32,000 bases of DNA from Candidatus Heimdallarchaeota archaeon. Lineage in GTDB: Archaea > Asgardarchaeota > Heimdallarchaeia > Heimdallarchaeales > Heimdallarchaeaceae. The position numbers and the translations under genes are program-made. The stretch covers positions 1-32,000 of the forward strand of contig DAOVER010000002.1 in assembly GCA_030668875.1 (NCBI GenBank), read 5' to 3'. Positions 17,251-27,588 of this stretch are shown here, piece after piece (position 1 is the first letter of the stretch; every line of letters begins with the position of its first letter). A model generated the notes under the pieces. The model made no database searches and was not told the origin of the DNA. It saw nothing but the letters and a program-made list of their open reading frames with translations.

Positions 17251-18711
17251 TTCCTTTTTTTTCCTCTTTTCTTCTCTCTTTTTCTTACGCTCTTCTCTTC
17301 TTATTCTCCTTTTTTCAACATCTTCCTCTTTTTCCTTTATACCAAATAAGAATCGAGTAAATATCGTTCTTCTAATTAGATCATAAACTATTATAGTTAT
17401 GATAATAGTAGCAAAAACTAGAATAAGATATTCAAGAAACCAAGGTATGTTCAAAGGAACAATTACATAGGCTAAACCTGCTAGGATTGGAAAATGAAGT
17501 ATGTAAAATGGTAATTGAGCCCTACTTAAATATTTGAATAATTCCTTCTTAAAATCTGATCTTGGTTTTTCTTCTTTTGATGTTTTCTCATTAGTATCTG
17601 TGATTAATTTTTCTCCTTTGGATTCGTCTATTTTCTTATCTTTGGCTTTCTTTGCTAGATGCTCCCCTAATCCAATCATTCCAACAATCAGAAACCATGT
17701 AGCTAAAGCTCTAGTTCCCCTATAATAGTATCTTACCTCAACCATATCTAGGAAAATCCTAAGATATGCAAGAATCATTGTAGCAATGCTTAATACACTA
17801 CCGACACCTAATCCAATTTTCCAATTCTTCCTGAGAATTTCCTTATATCTCTTATTTCCCGCTATAAGAAAACCATACAGAAAGAAGATAACAAACGTAT
17901 AACTTATCCATGATCCGTAGCTATAAAGTATATCAAGTTTTCCAGCTAATGACATCTCAAATATCATAATTGGTATAGCTAACAGAAATATTGCAGCAGG
18001 TTTCTCAAAGAACTTCGCTATCTTATCTAACGGTTGTTCGCTCCTTGGTCGTCGAATAAGCATTAAAAGTGGGAGCAAGAAAAGAGCTATTAGGAATAAT
18101 AAATACAGAAACCATAGATGTCCCATTTGAAAATAGCTACGATCTTCAAGTTGTACGTGATTTCCATATAAATCTACTCTAATGAAGAAGGGCAGAATAA
18201 ATGGAAATCCACCCCATTGTATAGTGTCTATAATAGACCTAAAGAAATCAGGAACAAAGACTGTAAAGAAGAAATTCCAATCAGTAATACTAGCGTAATC
18301 TTCTACTGGCATTATTGTACCCTTATGCCATACACAGTACATCATCCAACTTAAAGCAGGCATGAATAGAACCAAAGAAACAACAAAAGGGATTAGCAAT
18401 CTTTTTGTTCTTTCCCATAGGAATTGTTTTGCATTTCGTTTTCCTAAATTATACCATGTGGATCTTCCTGCACTGATAAATAACAGGGGCATAGCGAATA
18501 GCATGAATATCCCCATAATGATGGGTAAAGTAGTTGTTGTATAATCGTTTATAGGTTCAACTGGTAACTCTTTAGCATAGAACATTGATGCATGGAAGAA
18601 ACTAAGTCCAAAGACTATGAACACACCGAAGACATCAACTCTTCTTTGACTCTTTAAATTTGTTTTATTAATTGGTACTTCCTTATCCAAATTCTCTTCG
18701 CTTTTTGACAT
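17239..18711 (-). CDS. Acyltransferase-3 family (OpgC/MdoC-like) membrane protein, copy 1
   Basis: RRVD..FFH, MPLLFISAG, HLWFLY, YLSRAQLPFYILHFP; ~10 TM helices. Confidence 0.85.
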   Translation of the reverse strand: MSKSEENLDKEVPINKTNLKSQRRVDVFGVFIVFGLSFFHASMFYAKELPVEPINDYTTTTLPIIMGIFMLFAMPLLFISAGRSTWYNLGKRNAKQFLWERTKRLLIPFVVSLVLFMPALSWMMYCVWHKGTIMPVEDYASITDWNFFFTVFVPDFFRSIIDTIQWGGFPFILPFFIRVDLYGNHVQLEDRSYFQMGHLWFLYLLFLIALFLLPLLMLIRRPRSEQPLDKIAKFFEKPAAIFLLAIPIMIFEMSLAGKLDILYSYGSWISYTFVIFFLYGFLIAGNKRYKEILRKNWKIGLGVGSVLSIATMILAYLRIFLDMVEVRYYYRGTRALATWFLIVGMIGLGEHLAKKAKDKKIDESKGEKLITDTNEKTSKEEKPRSDFKKELFKYLSRAQLPFYILHFPILAGLAYVIVPLNIPWFLEYLILVFATIIITIIVYDLIRRTIFTRFLFGIKEKEEDVEKRRIRREERKKKREEKRKKKELNP

Positions 18712-18719
18712 AATATAAC

Positions 18720-20207
18720 CTACTTCTGTATTCTCCTTTCTTCTCTCTTTTTCTTACGTTCTTCTCTTCTTATTTTCCTTTTTCCTATGTCTTCAGGTTT
18801 TTCTTTGACACCTAATAAGAAACGGGTGAAAATGGTCCTTCTAACCAGAAGGTCGTAAACTATTAGTGTAAGTATGATTGTTACAAAACCAAGTATCAGA
18901 TATTCCAGAAACCAAGGTATATTCAAAGGAACTATCAAGAGAGCTAGAAAAGCAAGGACTGGAAAATGAAGTATATAGAATGGTAATTGAGCCCTACTTA
19001 AATACTCAGATGATTTCTTCTTAAAATCTGATTTTGGTTTTGTATCTTTTTCTTGTTGAAATTCTCCATTTTCAGTCACTGAAGAAGTTTCAAGATTTTT
19101 TAAATTGGTCTTTCTTTCTCGTTTCATCTTTGCTTTATGTTCCCCTATACCAAATATTCCGATTAGTAAAAACCAACAGGTAAAAGCTTTAGATGAACGA
19201 TAAAAAATTCTAAATATCACTATACCTTCAATAACTCTAAAATAGAAAAAGACGAGTGTAACCAAAGAAAAAATTATGCCAACGATGAGCCCAGATTTGC
19301 GGTTTCTACGTAAGATCTCTTTGTATTTTTTATTACCCGCCATAATGAACCCGTACAAAAACACAAAAACATAAGTAAAACCTGTCCATGAAGCATAGTT
19401 ATGTAAAATCTCAGGCTTTCCGCTCAATAAGATTTCGAGAATTGCTAGAGGGATGCCTAATAAGAAAATAGTTCCAGGTTTTTCGAAAAAAGTTGCTAAT
19501 CTATCTAACGATTTTTCACTTTTCTTTTTATGTATCAGATGCAATAGTGGAAAGAAGAAAAGTACTACAGTAAAGAGAACATATAAGAACCACATATGCC
19601 CTAAGTGAAAATAGTCGGGATTTGCTTCCAGTGTCCAGTTTATAGGAATCATTGTTCCAATAAAAAATGGCCAAAGAAAAGGAAATCCTGCAATTCGTAT
19701 AGTGGTTATACCTGATTTAAAAAATGCCGGTATAAATTTTGTAAATAATGTGTCCCAATCAGTGAGCATACTGTAAACAGTAGAAATTGGTACATCTGGC
19801 CACCATGCATTGGTTACACAATAAGCTATCCAAGCAAGTGCCGGCATTATGAAAATCACGGATAAAATAAGAGGTATAAATAATCTTTTTGTTCTTTCCC
19901 ATAGGAATTGTTTTTGATTTCTTTTTCCCAAATTATACCATGCTGACCTTCCTGCAATTAAGAAAAGTAGTGGCATTGCAAATGTTGCAAATATTGAAAG
20001 GAATACAATCAATATAATAGATCGTTCATTGTCATTAAATATATAAAATGAGATTTGTCCAGTATAAGGTAAAGCTGCATGGAAGAGACCAACTCCCATA
20101 ACGACAATGATTGCTAAACTATCCACGTTTCTTCCTTTCATAGATTTAGTTTTTCCAGGGGCTAAATCTGTACTTTCTTCACTTGATACAACATCAGTTT
20201 CTGTCAT
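18720..20207 (-). CDS. Acyltransferase-3 family membrane protein, copy 2
   Basis: Same motifs (RNVD..LFH, HMWFLY, YLSRAQLPFYILHFP). Confidence 0.85.
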   Translation of the reverse strand: MTETDVVSSEESTDLAPGKTKSMKGRNVDSLAIIVVMGVGLFHAALPYTGQISFYIFNDNERSIILIVFLSIFATFAMPLLFLIAGRSAWYNLGKRNQKQFLWERTKRLFIPLILSVIFIMPALAWIAYCVTNAWWPDVPISTVYSMLTDWDTLFTKFIPAFFKSGITTIRIAGFPFLWPFFIGTMIPINWTLEANPDYFHLGHMWFLYVLFTVVLFFFPLLHLIHKKKSEKSLDRLATFFEKPGTIFLLGIPLAILEILLSGKPEILHNYASWTGFTYVFVFLYGFIMAGNKKYKEILRRNRKSGLIVGIIFSLVTLVFFYFRVIEGIVIFRIFYRSSKAFTCWFLLIGIFGIGEHKAKMKRERKTNLKNLETSSVTENGEFQQEKDTKPKSDFKKKSSEYLSRAQLPFYILHFPVLAFLALLIVPLNIPWFLEYLILGFVTIILTLIVYDLLVRRTIFTRFLLGVKEKPEDIGKRKIRREERKKKREERRIQK

Positions 20208-20299
20208 AAGATTTTCCTCAATTTTTATAACAAGATTGTTTAAAAATACGATTCTATAAAAGCTTTTTTAGCTAGTTTGTAAAATTATTGAGCTCATTT

Positions 20300-21733
20300 T
20301 TAAATTAATTTCATCTGATCATTAACATTTTCTATTTGATCTAGCCTCTCTGTAATTTTTTTATCCTCTTTAACACCAAATAAAAATCGAGTTACAGACA
20401 ACCTTCTAATAGCTAAGTCATAAATCCCAAGAGAGATAATGAGAGTAATCAAACAAAGTATAAGATATTCCAAAAGTACAGGTATATTAAGAGGAACAAT
20501 GAAGAAAGCCACCACTGCTAGAACAGGGAAATGTATGATATAGTAGGGTAATTGAGCTTTCTGTAAGTATTTGAAGACTTTTTCTTTGAACACAGCTCTC
20601 TTTTTGTCTATTTCAGTCAGTTGCTTCTTTTCCGCAGTTTTTTGTTTGATTTTTTTCTTTGCTTTACTTGATGTTTTATCAAAAAATCCAATTACCGCAA
20701 TTAACAAGAACCAACTTGACAATCCTTTCATTAATTGAACAAATTTTATTGCTGCACTTGGATTTATGAAAACCATATCGAATACAGTGAACCCAAAATC
20801 AACAAAACCTAAATAACTACGCAATAGGACAACTAAAAAAATTTCAAATAATACAATACTGATGATTAATGCAGCTAGCCAATGTTTTCTTAGAACCTCT
20901 CTATACACTTTATTTGTTGCGAAGAGATAACCAAATAAGAAGAATAATGCAAAAGAATATCCACTCCATGTACCATATCTAACACCTAATGGAGCATTTG
21001 ATAATACCTCAATTAATGTAATAGGGATCACAGGTAAGAATATCACACCAGGTTTCTGAATAAATTTCGTAAATTTCTTTAATGCTTTGCTATCCTTCTT
21101 TTTTCGAATCACCATTAAAATGGGGAGTAGAAATACAGCTATAACGAAAAGAGAATATAGAAACCAAAGGTGTGCTATATGAAAAAAATTGAATCTGGCT
21201 GGATTAAGTATATAAGAAAAGATGAATGGAAAATTGGAAAAAATCAAACGTGTATTGAAAAATTGAGGATAGAGGCCTGTGAAATATGTTCTCCAATCTA
21301 GAAACGTCTCATATGGATTTGCAGATAAATTACTTAGAGCTATCCATGCAAGAAGTGGTGCAAACAAAATTGTACCTACGATAAATGGTATAAGTAATCT
21401 CCTGGTTCTTTCCCACAAAAATTCTTTTACTTTCCTTTTACCTAAATTATACCAAGTTGCTCTTCCAGCATTATAGAAAAGCATGGGCATAGCCCATAAG
21501 ACGAATACTCCCATAAAAATTAAAAATAGCGGGTTAATCTCTATTTCAGCTACATAGAACATTCCAGCATAAGGCATTGCTCCATGGAAAAATGTTAGAC
21601 CCATTACCATTAATACTCCAATAAGGTCAACATTCCTCTCCCTCCTAGTAGTGGGAGTAGTGGGTGAAGCTTTAGCTAATTCAACAGATAATGCTTGGCT
21701 AGATGAGGTCTCTGTTGTAATCACTTCCTTCAA
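20300..21733 (-). CDS. Acyltransferase-3 family membrane protein, copy 3
   Basis: Same motifs (RNVD..FFH, HLWFLY, YLQKAQLPYYIIHFP). Confidence 0.85.
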   Translation of the reverse strand: MKEVITTETSSSQALSVELAKASPTTPTTRRERNVDLIGVLMVMGLTFFHGAMPYAGMFYVAEIEINPLFLIFMGVFVLWAMPMLFYNAGRATWYNLGKRKVKEFLWERTRRLLIPFIVGTILFAPLLAWIALSNLSANPYETFLDWRTYFTGLYPQFFNTRLIFSNFPFIFSYILNPARFNFFHIAHLWFLYSLFVIAVFLLPILMVIRKKKDSKALKKFTKFIQKPGVIFLPVIPITLIEVLSNAPLGVRYGTWSGYSFALFFLFGYLFATNKVYREVLRKHWLAALIISIVLFEIFLVVLLRSYLGFVDFGFTVFDMVFINPSAAIKFVQLMKGLSSWFLLIAVIGFFDKTSSKAKKKIKQKTAEKKQLTEIDKKRAVFKEKVFKYLQKAQLPYYIIHFPVLAVVAFFIVPLNIPVLLEYLILCLITLIISLGIYDLAIRRLSVTRFLFGVKEDKKITERLDQIENVNDQMKLI

Positions 21734-21887
21734 TTTCTCACCTTTTTGTATTAATTTTATTGAATCTGCCTTTATAGTAATTGAATTTTATAAAAACATT
21801 TGGTTTACTATTTCTCCTTCTTGATTATCAGTAGAACTTAAATAATTCAGTTTTGAATGTCAAAGGAAATCTGCCGAGCCACTGTTT

Positions 21888-23390
21888 ATGACTACTCAAC
21901 CTGAACCAACAAATGAAAATCGAGTTCGTATTTTCGCACTTGTTATCATATCTGTTTCTTCTTTCATTTCAGCTTTTAGTGGTTCGGCTTTTACTCTTGC
22001 TGCTCCTTCAATGGCAGCAGAATTGAGCATTAATGATGCTTTTCTAAGCTGGATAATGACTGTATACTTACTTGCAACTGCAATGCTCCAAATACCCTTT
22101 GGTAAAATAGCAGATAATTATGGAAGAAAGAAAATCTATTTCATAGGAATGTTGATTTTCTCATCTTCTGCACTAATTCTGGGTTTTATGGATACCGCAA
22201 ATGGAATAATGATAATGAGATTTGTTCAAGGTACAGGTGGAGCACTTATATTCGCCACAGGAACAGCAATCCTCACCTCAGTTTTCCCTCCTGAAAGAAA
22301 GGGTTTTGCTTTTGGAATAAATATTGGTTCTGTTTACTTGGGCCTAACTGCTGGACCATCATTAGGGGGGTTCATAACAACCTTTCTTGGATGGAGATGG
22401 ATTTTTTTAATCGTTGTACCAATTGGTGCAGTGCTTGCTATTCTAGTGATGACTCTTCTAAAAGGTGAATGGAAAAATGATAAGAAGGAGAGATTTGACT
22501 GGATTGGAACAATACTTTACATAGCAGCTTTATTCATGCTTCTCTATGGTTTCCGATCGATTCCAAATATTTATAGTTATATTCTGATTGGTTGTTCTCT
22601 TATTACGTTAGGGTTATTTATTTGGTGGGAATGGAAAATTGATTGTCCTATTCTCCAATTAAGACTTTTTAGGAAGAATAGATTTTTCACGTTTGCCAAT
22701 CTGGCTGCTTTCTCATATTACTTAGCAACAGCAGCTACAACTTTTCTTTTGAGTTTATTCTTACAAAATGTACTTGTTTTTACTGCTCTCATTGCTGGTT
22801 TTATTCTACTTGCTCGACCCGCTGTTCAAGCTATCCTTTCTCCAATAGGCGGTGCTCTTTCAGACAAAATTGATCATAGAATTATCACAACGATTGGAAT
22901 AAGTGTTGGCACAGTTGGTTTGATTATGCTTATCTTTCTCAAAGGTTTATCTCCCTCACTTGCTGAAAATTACTTAATAGAATCCCAAATAATGTTAATA
23001 GTTTTCAATGCTAGTAAAGTTAATCTAGTTTTAATAATTCTAAGTTTAATCTGTGGTGGAATAGGATTTGGTCTCTTCTCTTCACCAAATGCTAATTCTA
23101 TTATGAGTTCAGTTCCAAGAGAAACTTATGGAGTAGCTTCAGCTCTAGTTGGTACAATGAGAACAATAGGTCAAACAATGAGTCTTGGTTTTGTCACACT
23201 CTTATTTACAATTATTCTTGGTGATATAAGACTAGGAGCACCAAATTATAGCGAACAATTTTTGAAGAGTACAAAAATTGCATTTATAGTTTTCTCAGGT
23301 ATAGCTTTCATAAGTTTAATAATATCCTTCATGAGAGGGAAGAATAATTTTTATCCTCAGGAAAAGATCGAGGAAATTGAATTACTATAA
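21888..23390 (+). CDS. MFS transporter, DHA2 (EmrB/QacA-like, 14 TM)
   Basis: GKIADNYGRKK motif A, RFVQGTGG, GPSLGGFIT..LGWRWIF, FDWIG. Confidence 0.9.
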   Translation: MTTQPEPTNENRVRIFALVIISVSSFISAFSGSAFTLAAPSMAAELSINDAFLSWIMTVYLLATAMLQIPFGKIADNYGRKKIYFIGMLIFSSSALILGFMDTANGIMIMRFVQGTGGALIFATGTAILTSVFPPERKGFAFGINIGSVYLGLTAGPSLGGFITTFLGWRWIFLIVVPIGAVLAILVMTLLKGEWKNDKKERFDWIGTILYIAALFMLLYGFRSIPNIYSYILIGCSLITLGLFIWWEWKIDCPILQLRLFRKNRFFTFANLAAFSYYLATAATTFLLSLFLQNVLVFTALIAGFILLARPAVQAILSPIGGALSDKIDHRIITTIGISVGTVGLIMLIFLKGLSPSLAENYLIESQIMLIVFNASKVNLVLIILSLICGGIGFGLFSSPNANSIMSSVPRETYGVASALVGTMRTIGQTMSLGFVTLLFTIILGDIRLGAPNYSEQFLKSTKIAFIVFSGIAFISLIISFMRGKNNFYPQEKIEEIELL

Positions 23391-23415
23391 TGAAATATTT
23401 TTGCATACTAGATTT

Positions 23416-24900
23416 TCAGACTGGTGGTTGTATTTTCCTTCTTCTAGTTAACTGGCTCCTTACTTCACTCCAAGAAGAAGGAAATTTCTTCATTTCTTTT
23501 AATGTCAAGAATGGAAAACTTGTAACGATTCTACCTGCTGTAACTATTGCCAAAGAGATAACGACCGCTATACGTAGAGTGTCTACGAGAAGAGGTGTAG
23601 TGCTTGTGAGAAGGCTAATTGTAGTTTGAGTAACAAGTAATCCTAAACCTTGTACAGAGGTGATAACTGTAGCGATACTATTCTCATTTAATATGAACAG
23701 AAACCCTTCAGTAAGATATCCTCCGGCTAGAGCTCCTATGAATAATGTCACACCAGTCATCATGTTATATATGCCAAAATACATTCCTCCCTCGTCTCGT
23801 GGTACCATATCCAGCAGATAAGCTTGTAAACTTGCTGTCCCTAAGAATATTAGAGGAGCTATTGTGAAATGTATTATGTACAAATGCCAAACTTCAGTTG
23901 CGAAAATATAAGCGAGGGGGAACAATGCTAAGGCAATTCTATTGAAAAAGATTAATTTGGTTCGACCTATTCGGTCACTCAGCTTTGCTCCTATGTTTAT
24001 TACTAAGAGTATAGCAACACTAAACGAAATAGATAAGATTGCTACTTCAAATGCTGTAGCTTTTAAGACATTGACTTGGAATATACTGAATAAAGGCCAA
24101 GCAAATGAGAAAAACAACGATTGTATCATAGAAATTAGGGTGAATTTTGCGAAAGGTTTATTTCTATAGGCTTTTTTGAAGCTTTCCTTGAGAGAAATAG
24201 TTTTTTGATTCTTTGAAGCATTATTTCTCCTTAGGGGTTCCTCCACATTTTTGAATGGAATAACACCTATTAAAGAAAGTACGAAACCAATAGCTACGGG
24301 TATGAGGATGTATTTTTGGTAATCATTGTCATAGAATATAGAAGTAAGGACTATACCAGTAAACAGTGTAGCAACCATACTTCCAATTGCATCGAACCAA
24401 AATATTCTCCCTGTTAATTTTCCTCTCACTTCTTTTGGAAACAGCTCATTCTGTAAAGCTGTAAAAGTTGGTATTCCTAAACTCATTAATAGATTGACAA
24501 CTGCAACAATAATTACTATGAGCCAAGCTGTATCAGGCGTTATAAAATACAGAAACGCATAAGGGATTCCCCAAGAGAGTGTAGAAACAACAATAAATGG
24601 GATCCTCTTCTGAACGATGTCAGATAATCGACCAAAAACTGGTCCTAGAAAAGTGGAAAGTAAATTTGAAATGCTCTGAATCCATCCAAGTAGACCTGAG
24701 CTAGCACCCATCGTCAAAGCAATCATAGAGACAAAAGGTTGAACTAAACCTCTAGATGTACTATTTGCAACAGTACGTGAATAGAGAGCTATTTGATCAA
24801 TCTTCTTTATCTCTTTAACGTCTTCAGTAGATTCAGAGGGATTTTGAACATTATCCTCTGATTCTATCCGAGTTGCTTTAGCATCAGAGGTCATAAACAA
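23416..24900 (-). CDS. MFS transporter
   Basis: GRLSDIVQKR and AKLSDRIGR motif-A loops; ~12 TM. Confidence 0.85.
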   Translation of the reverse strand: MFMTSDAKATRIESEDNVQNPSESTEDVKEIKKIDQIALYSRTVANSTSRGLVQPFVSMIALTMGASSGLLGWIQSISNLLSTFLGPVFGRLSDIVQKRIPFIVVSTLSWGIPYAFLYFITPDTAWLIVIIVAVVNLLMSLGIPTFTALQNELFPKEVRGKLTGRIFWFDAIGSMVATLFTGIVLTSIFYDNDYQKYILIPVAIGFVLSLIGVIPFKNVEEPLRRNNASKNQKTISLKESFKKAYRNKPFAKFTLISMIQSLFFSFAWPLFSIFQVNVLKATAFEVAILSISFSVAILLVINIGAKLSDRIGRTKLIFFNRIALALFPLAYIFATEVWHLYIIHFTIAPLIFLGTASLQAYLLDMVPRDEGGMYFGIYNMMTGVTLFIGALAGGYLTEGFLFILNENSIATVITSVQGLGLLVTQTTISLLTSTTPLLVDTLRIAVVISLAIVTAGRIVTSFPFLTLKEMKKFPSSWSEVRSQLTRRRKIQPPV

Positions 24901-24943
24901 CAGTCAAAAAACTACATAATTCAAAAAGCTTCTGTTGACTTTC

Positions 24944-25786
24944 CTATGATAGTAAAGAAATGATTTCTTGATTTTTCTCGCTTCTTTTTAGTTTTTGAAG
25001 TGAGTATTTAGAATCAGAATTGTCCATCTCTAGAAGTTTTTTAACAATCTCTAATCTAATTTCTTTATCATTTTCTTTATGAACATAAGTTGATAGGAAA
25101 TAAGACACGTCTGAGTTACCTTGAATCTGCATTATGTAGTACAGGATAAGCTTTCTCATCTCTTTATTTGGTCTTCTCTTCAAGGAATGTAGAAAAACAT
25201 CGATGACTCTAGAATTATTTATCATATCACTCAGTGATTTAATTAACCATAATTTTATCCTTTTAGATTTTTCATAATGTCTTAGTTGCTGAATAAGGAC
25301 TTCTTGGACATCCTCTTCATCAACAAGAGCCCTTAATGACCAAACTGCCCAGAGTCTTACTGTTTGTGAACTATCTCGTAATTTCCGAATTACAAGATCT
25401 TTTACCTCTGTATCTCTCATAAATTCAGAAAGAAAAGACACGGCTTTTGCTCTACATAGAGGGTATCTATCATTAACTGCAATATCCTTCAAAACAGAAA
25501 CTGTTTCTTCATACGTAAGATAATCGGTTAATTTATCAATTAAATTAGCTCTTTCTTTGTTACTTGTTGTAGATTCAATCCCATGTACAATTATCTGCAA
25601 TTCTTCAAAACTTTTGGTTCCATCCACAATTTCCTCTTCCTCCCCTTCTTCTAGGGTATCAATTGCTGGAATCTCTTCTGTTTCTTCTACTTCCTCTTCC
25701 TCTCCTTCTGATTCAAATGCGTCAGAGATTTCAGGTGCATCAACAATTTTGATGTCAAAATCATTTTTAGCGTTTTTCTTACTCAT
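24944..25786 (-). CDS. HEAT-repeat protein with acidic N-terminal region
   Basis: EEEEEVEETEE tract followed by LRDSSQTVRLWAVWSL-type repeats. Confidence 0.75.
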   Translation of the reverse strand: MSKKNAKNDFDIKIVDAPEISDAFESEGEEEEVEETEEIPAIDTLEEGEEEEIVDGTKSFEELQIIVHGIESTTSNKERANLIDKLTDYLTYEETVSVLKDIAVNDRYPLCRAKAVSFLSEFMRDTEVKDLVIRKLRDSSQTVRLWAVWSLRALVDEEDVQEVLIQQLRHYEKSKRIKLWLIKSLSDMINNSRVIDVFLHSLKRRPNKEMRKLILYYIMQIQGNSDVSYFLSTYVHKENDKEIRLEIVKKLLEMDNSDSKYSLQKLKRSEKNQEIISLLS

Positions 25787-25862
25787 ACGATGTTCCTACT
25801 ATCAGCATTGAAATATAGGTTAACTTTGCTATGGTGATTAAAAAAGATATCATTTTAACTTT

Positions 25863-26042
25863 TTAATCTACTCTCTTCAATTTATGTGCTATAATTGCAT
25901 ATAAAAAAGCCCCCGCAAATAATACTAGAAAGATTATCCAGGGTTCATTACCAGTACTAGAGCTATCTTGAACGGCATAAGAGGATACACCTTCTAATAG
26001 GATGAATATAATCGTGATTAGAAATAGATAGGCTTTTCTCAT
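25863..26042 (-). CDS. 59-aa membrane microprotein (absent from the ORF track)
   Basis: My translation: MRKAYLFLITIIFILLEGVSSYAVQDSSSTGNEPWIIFLVLFAGAFLYAIIAHKLKRVD. Signal-like N-terminus, TM helix and basic tail; fills the intergenic gap. Confidence 0.65.
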   Translation of the reverse strand: MRKAYLFLITIIFILLEGVSSYAVQDSSSTGNEPWIIFLVLFAGAFLYAIIAHKLKRVD

Positions 26043-26121
26043 TTGCAGAAAAGAGTGATTTTAACCATTTAATAATTTTATCTTTATTCCTTTACGAAGA
26101 GCTTAAAAATATTATAATCGA

Positions 26122-26772
26122 TTGCACTTAATGAGTAATTATCAGATTGAACTAGAGAATACCGGTCCTTTGAAAACAAACTGTTATTTGCTATATGATA
26201 AGAAATCAAAAGAAGCTGCTCTCTTTGACGTTGCTGGAGAAATACCAAAGCATCTTAAAACTATTAAAGAAGAAGCTCTTAAGTTAAAATATCTATTCTG
26301 CACTCACTTGCATTTTGACCATATTATGGGAGTAAAGGAGGCAAGAGAATTGTTCCCTGATGCACAACTTGCTTGTAACAAAAAGGAACTTGACGTGCTT
26401 GCAAATATGGGGAAATTTGCAAGAATATTCCAATTTGATCCTTCTTCAGTAGGAAATTTTGATATCTTTATTGAGGATAATCAAAACTTTGAACTTGGAA
26501 AACTAAAAATTAAAGCCATCCTATCTCCAGGTCATACACCAGGCAGTATCTGTTTTCACTTTGAAGACAGCTTAATCTCGGGAGATGTTCTATTTAATAG
26601 AGGAGTAGGAAGAACTGATTTTTATGGAGGTTCGTTTTCAGAATTAGAAAAATCAGTTAGAAAGTTGTTTACTTTACCTGAAGAAACAGTTGTTTATCCT
26701 GGACACGGTGAAATGACCAATATAGGGTCTGAAAAAAGTGAAAATCCTTTTATAAGTTCAATAAAATCATAG
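26122..26772 (+). CDS. MBL-fold metallo-hydrolase (glyoxalase II-like)
   Basis: THLHFDH, PGHTPG, SGDVLF, YPGHG. Confidence 0.92.
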   Translation: MHLMSNYQIELENTGPLKTNCYLLYDKKSKEAALFDVAGEIPKHLKTIKEEALKLKYLFCTHLHFDHIMGVKEARELFPDAQLACNKKELDVLANMGKFARIFQFDPSSVGNFDIFIEDNQNFELGKLKIKAILSPGHTPGSICFHFEDSLISGDVLFNRGVGRTDFYGGSFSELEKSVRKLFTLPEETVVYPGHGEMTNIGSEKSENPFISSIKS

Positions 26773-26776
26773 ATAA

Positions 26777-27430
26777 TTATAAGAAACGTTTCTCTATGTC
26801 TTTTTTGATTTTTGAAAAAGCATCGAAAACTTGAAGCCTGCTATCTCCTTCCAATTTCTTAGCCAAGTCTTCATTATTCCTTGCATAGATAATATCTGCT
26901 AATTCGGCAGCTGGTAAGATATCTGATAAGCCATCTCCAATGTATATTATTTTGTAACCTTCCTCCTTCAATTTTAATACATGAGAGTATTTGCAATTTG
27001 CACAACCATGATTACATTCAGGAGTATTAAAAGTGAGTTTCAATTTGTTGTCTACTAAATCTACATCATTTGCCAAAATATCAAAGCTTTCTGTATTTAT
27101 TTTATTAGATTCTAGAATTCTGTTAATATACTTTTGAAAACCATCAGAAAGGATGATAAACTTAAGATTTTTTTCTATCACCCAGTTATAAAAATCATAG
27201 AATGAAGGATCAATCTTCATCGTATCAACGATTGTGAAAATTTCTTTCCATGTAGTATGTTCTATCATCCCCCATTGTTTAGTTAACGCCTCTCGTGTGC
27301 CAATTTGACAGTTTATAACAAATTTATCAACAGCTTGCCAGTCCTCTTTTGTAAGATTAGAAAGTAGGGCTTTACCTGTATCCATTAACGTGATTGTTCC
27401 ATCAAAGTCACAACATATAGCAATTGGCAT
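26777..27430 (-). CDS. HAD-superfamily phosphatase, MtnX-like
   Basis: DFDGTIT, LSDG, C..GCANCK, YIGDGLSD. Confidence 0.88.
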   Translation of the reverse strand: MPIAICCDFDGTITLMDTGKALLSNLTKEDWQAVDKFVINCQIGTREALTKQWGMIEHTTWKEIFTIVDTMKIDPSFYDFYNWVIEKNLKFIILSDGFQKYINRILESNKINTESFDILANDVDLVDNKLKLTFNTPECNHGCANCKYSHVLKLKEEGYKIIYIGDGLSDILPAAELADIIYARNNEDLAKKLEGDSRLQVFDAFSKIKKDIEKRFL

Positions 27431-27588
27431 TAGCTTGAAGAATCCTACACAAAAGAAAAAGTTTACTGTTGATAATTAAGTACAAACATATTAAAATGCC
27501 AATAGAATAAGATAATCGCGCAGAAAAATATGTTTGGCTAGCTATATATATGTCAAAGATAATGAGAAGTTTGAAAGGGGTGTAACAA

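Noticed and set aside
17239-17300. Purine/pyrimidine-rich low-complexity tract, repeated near 18720-18790
   Set aside because: It encodes the Lys/Arg/Glu tails of the acyltransferase paralogs; not an independent repeat element.
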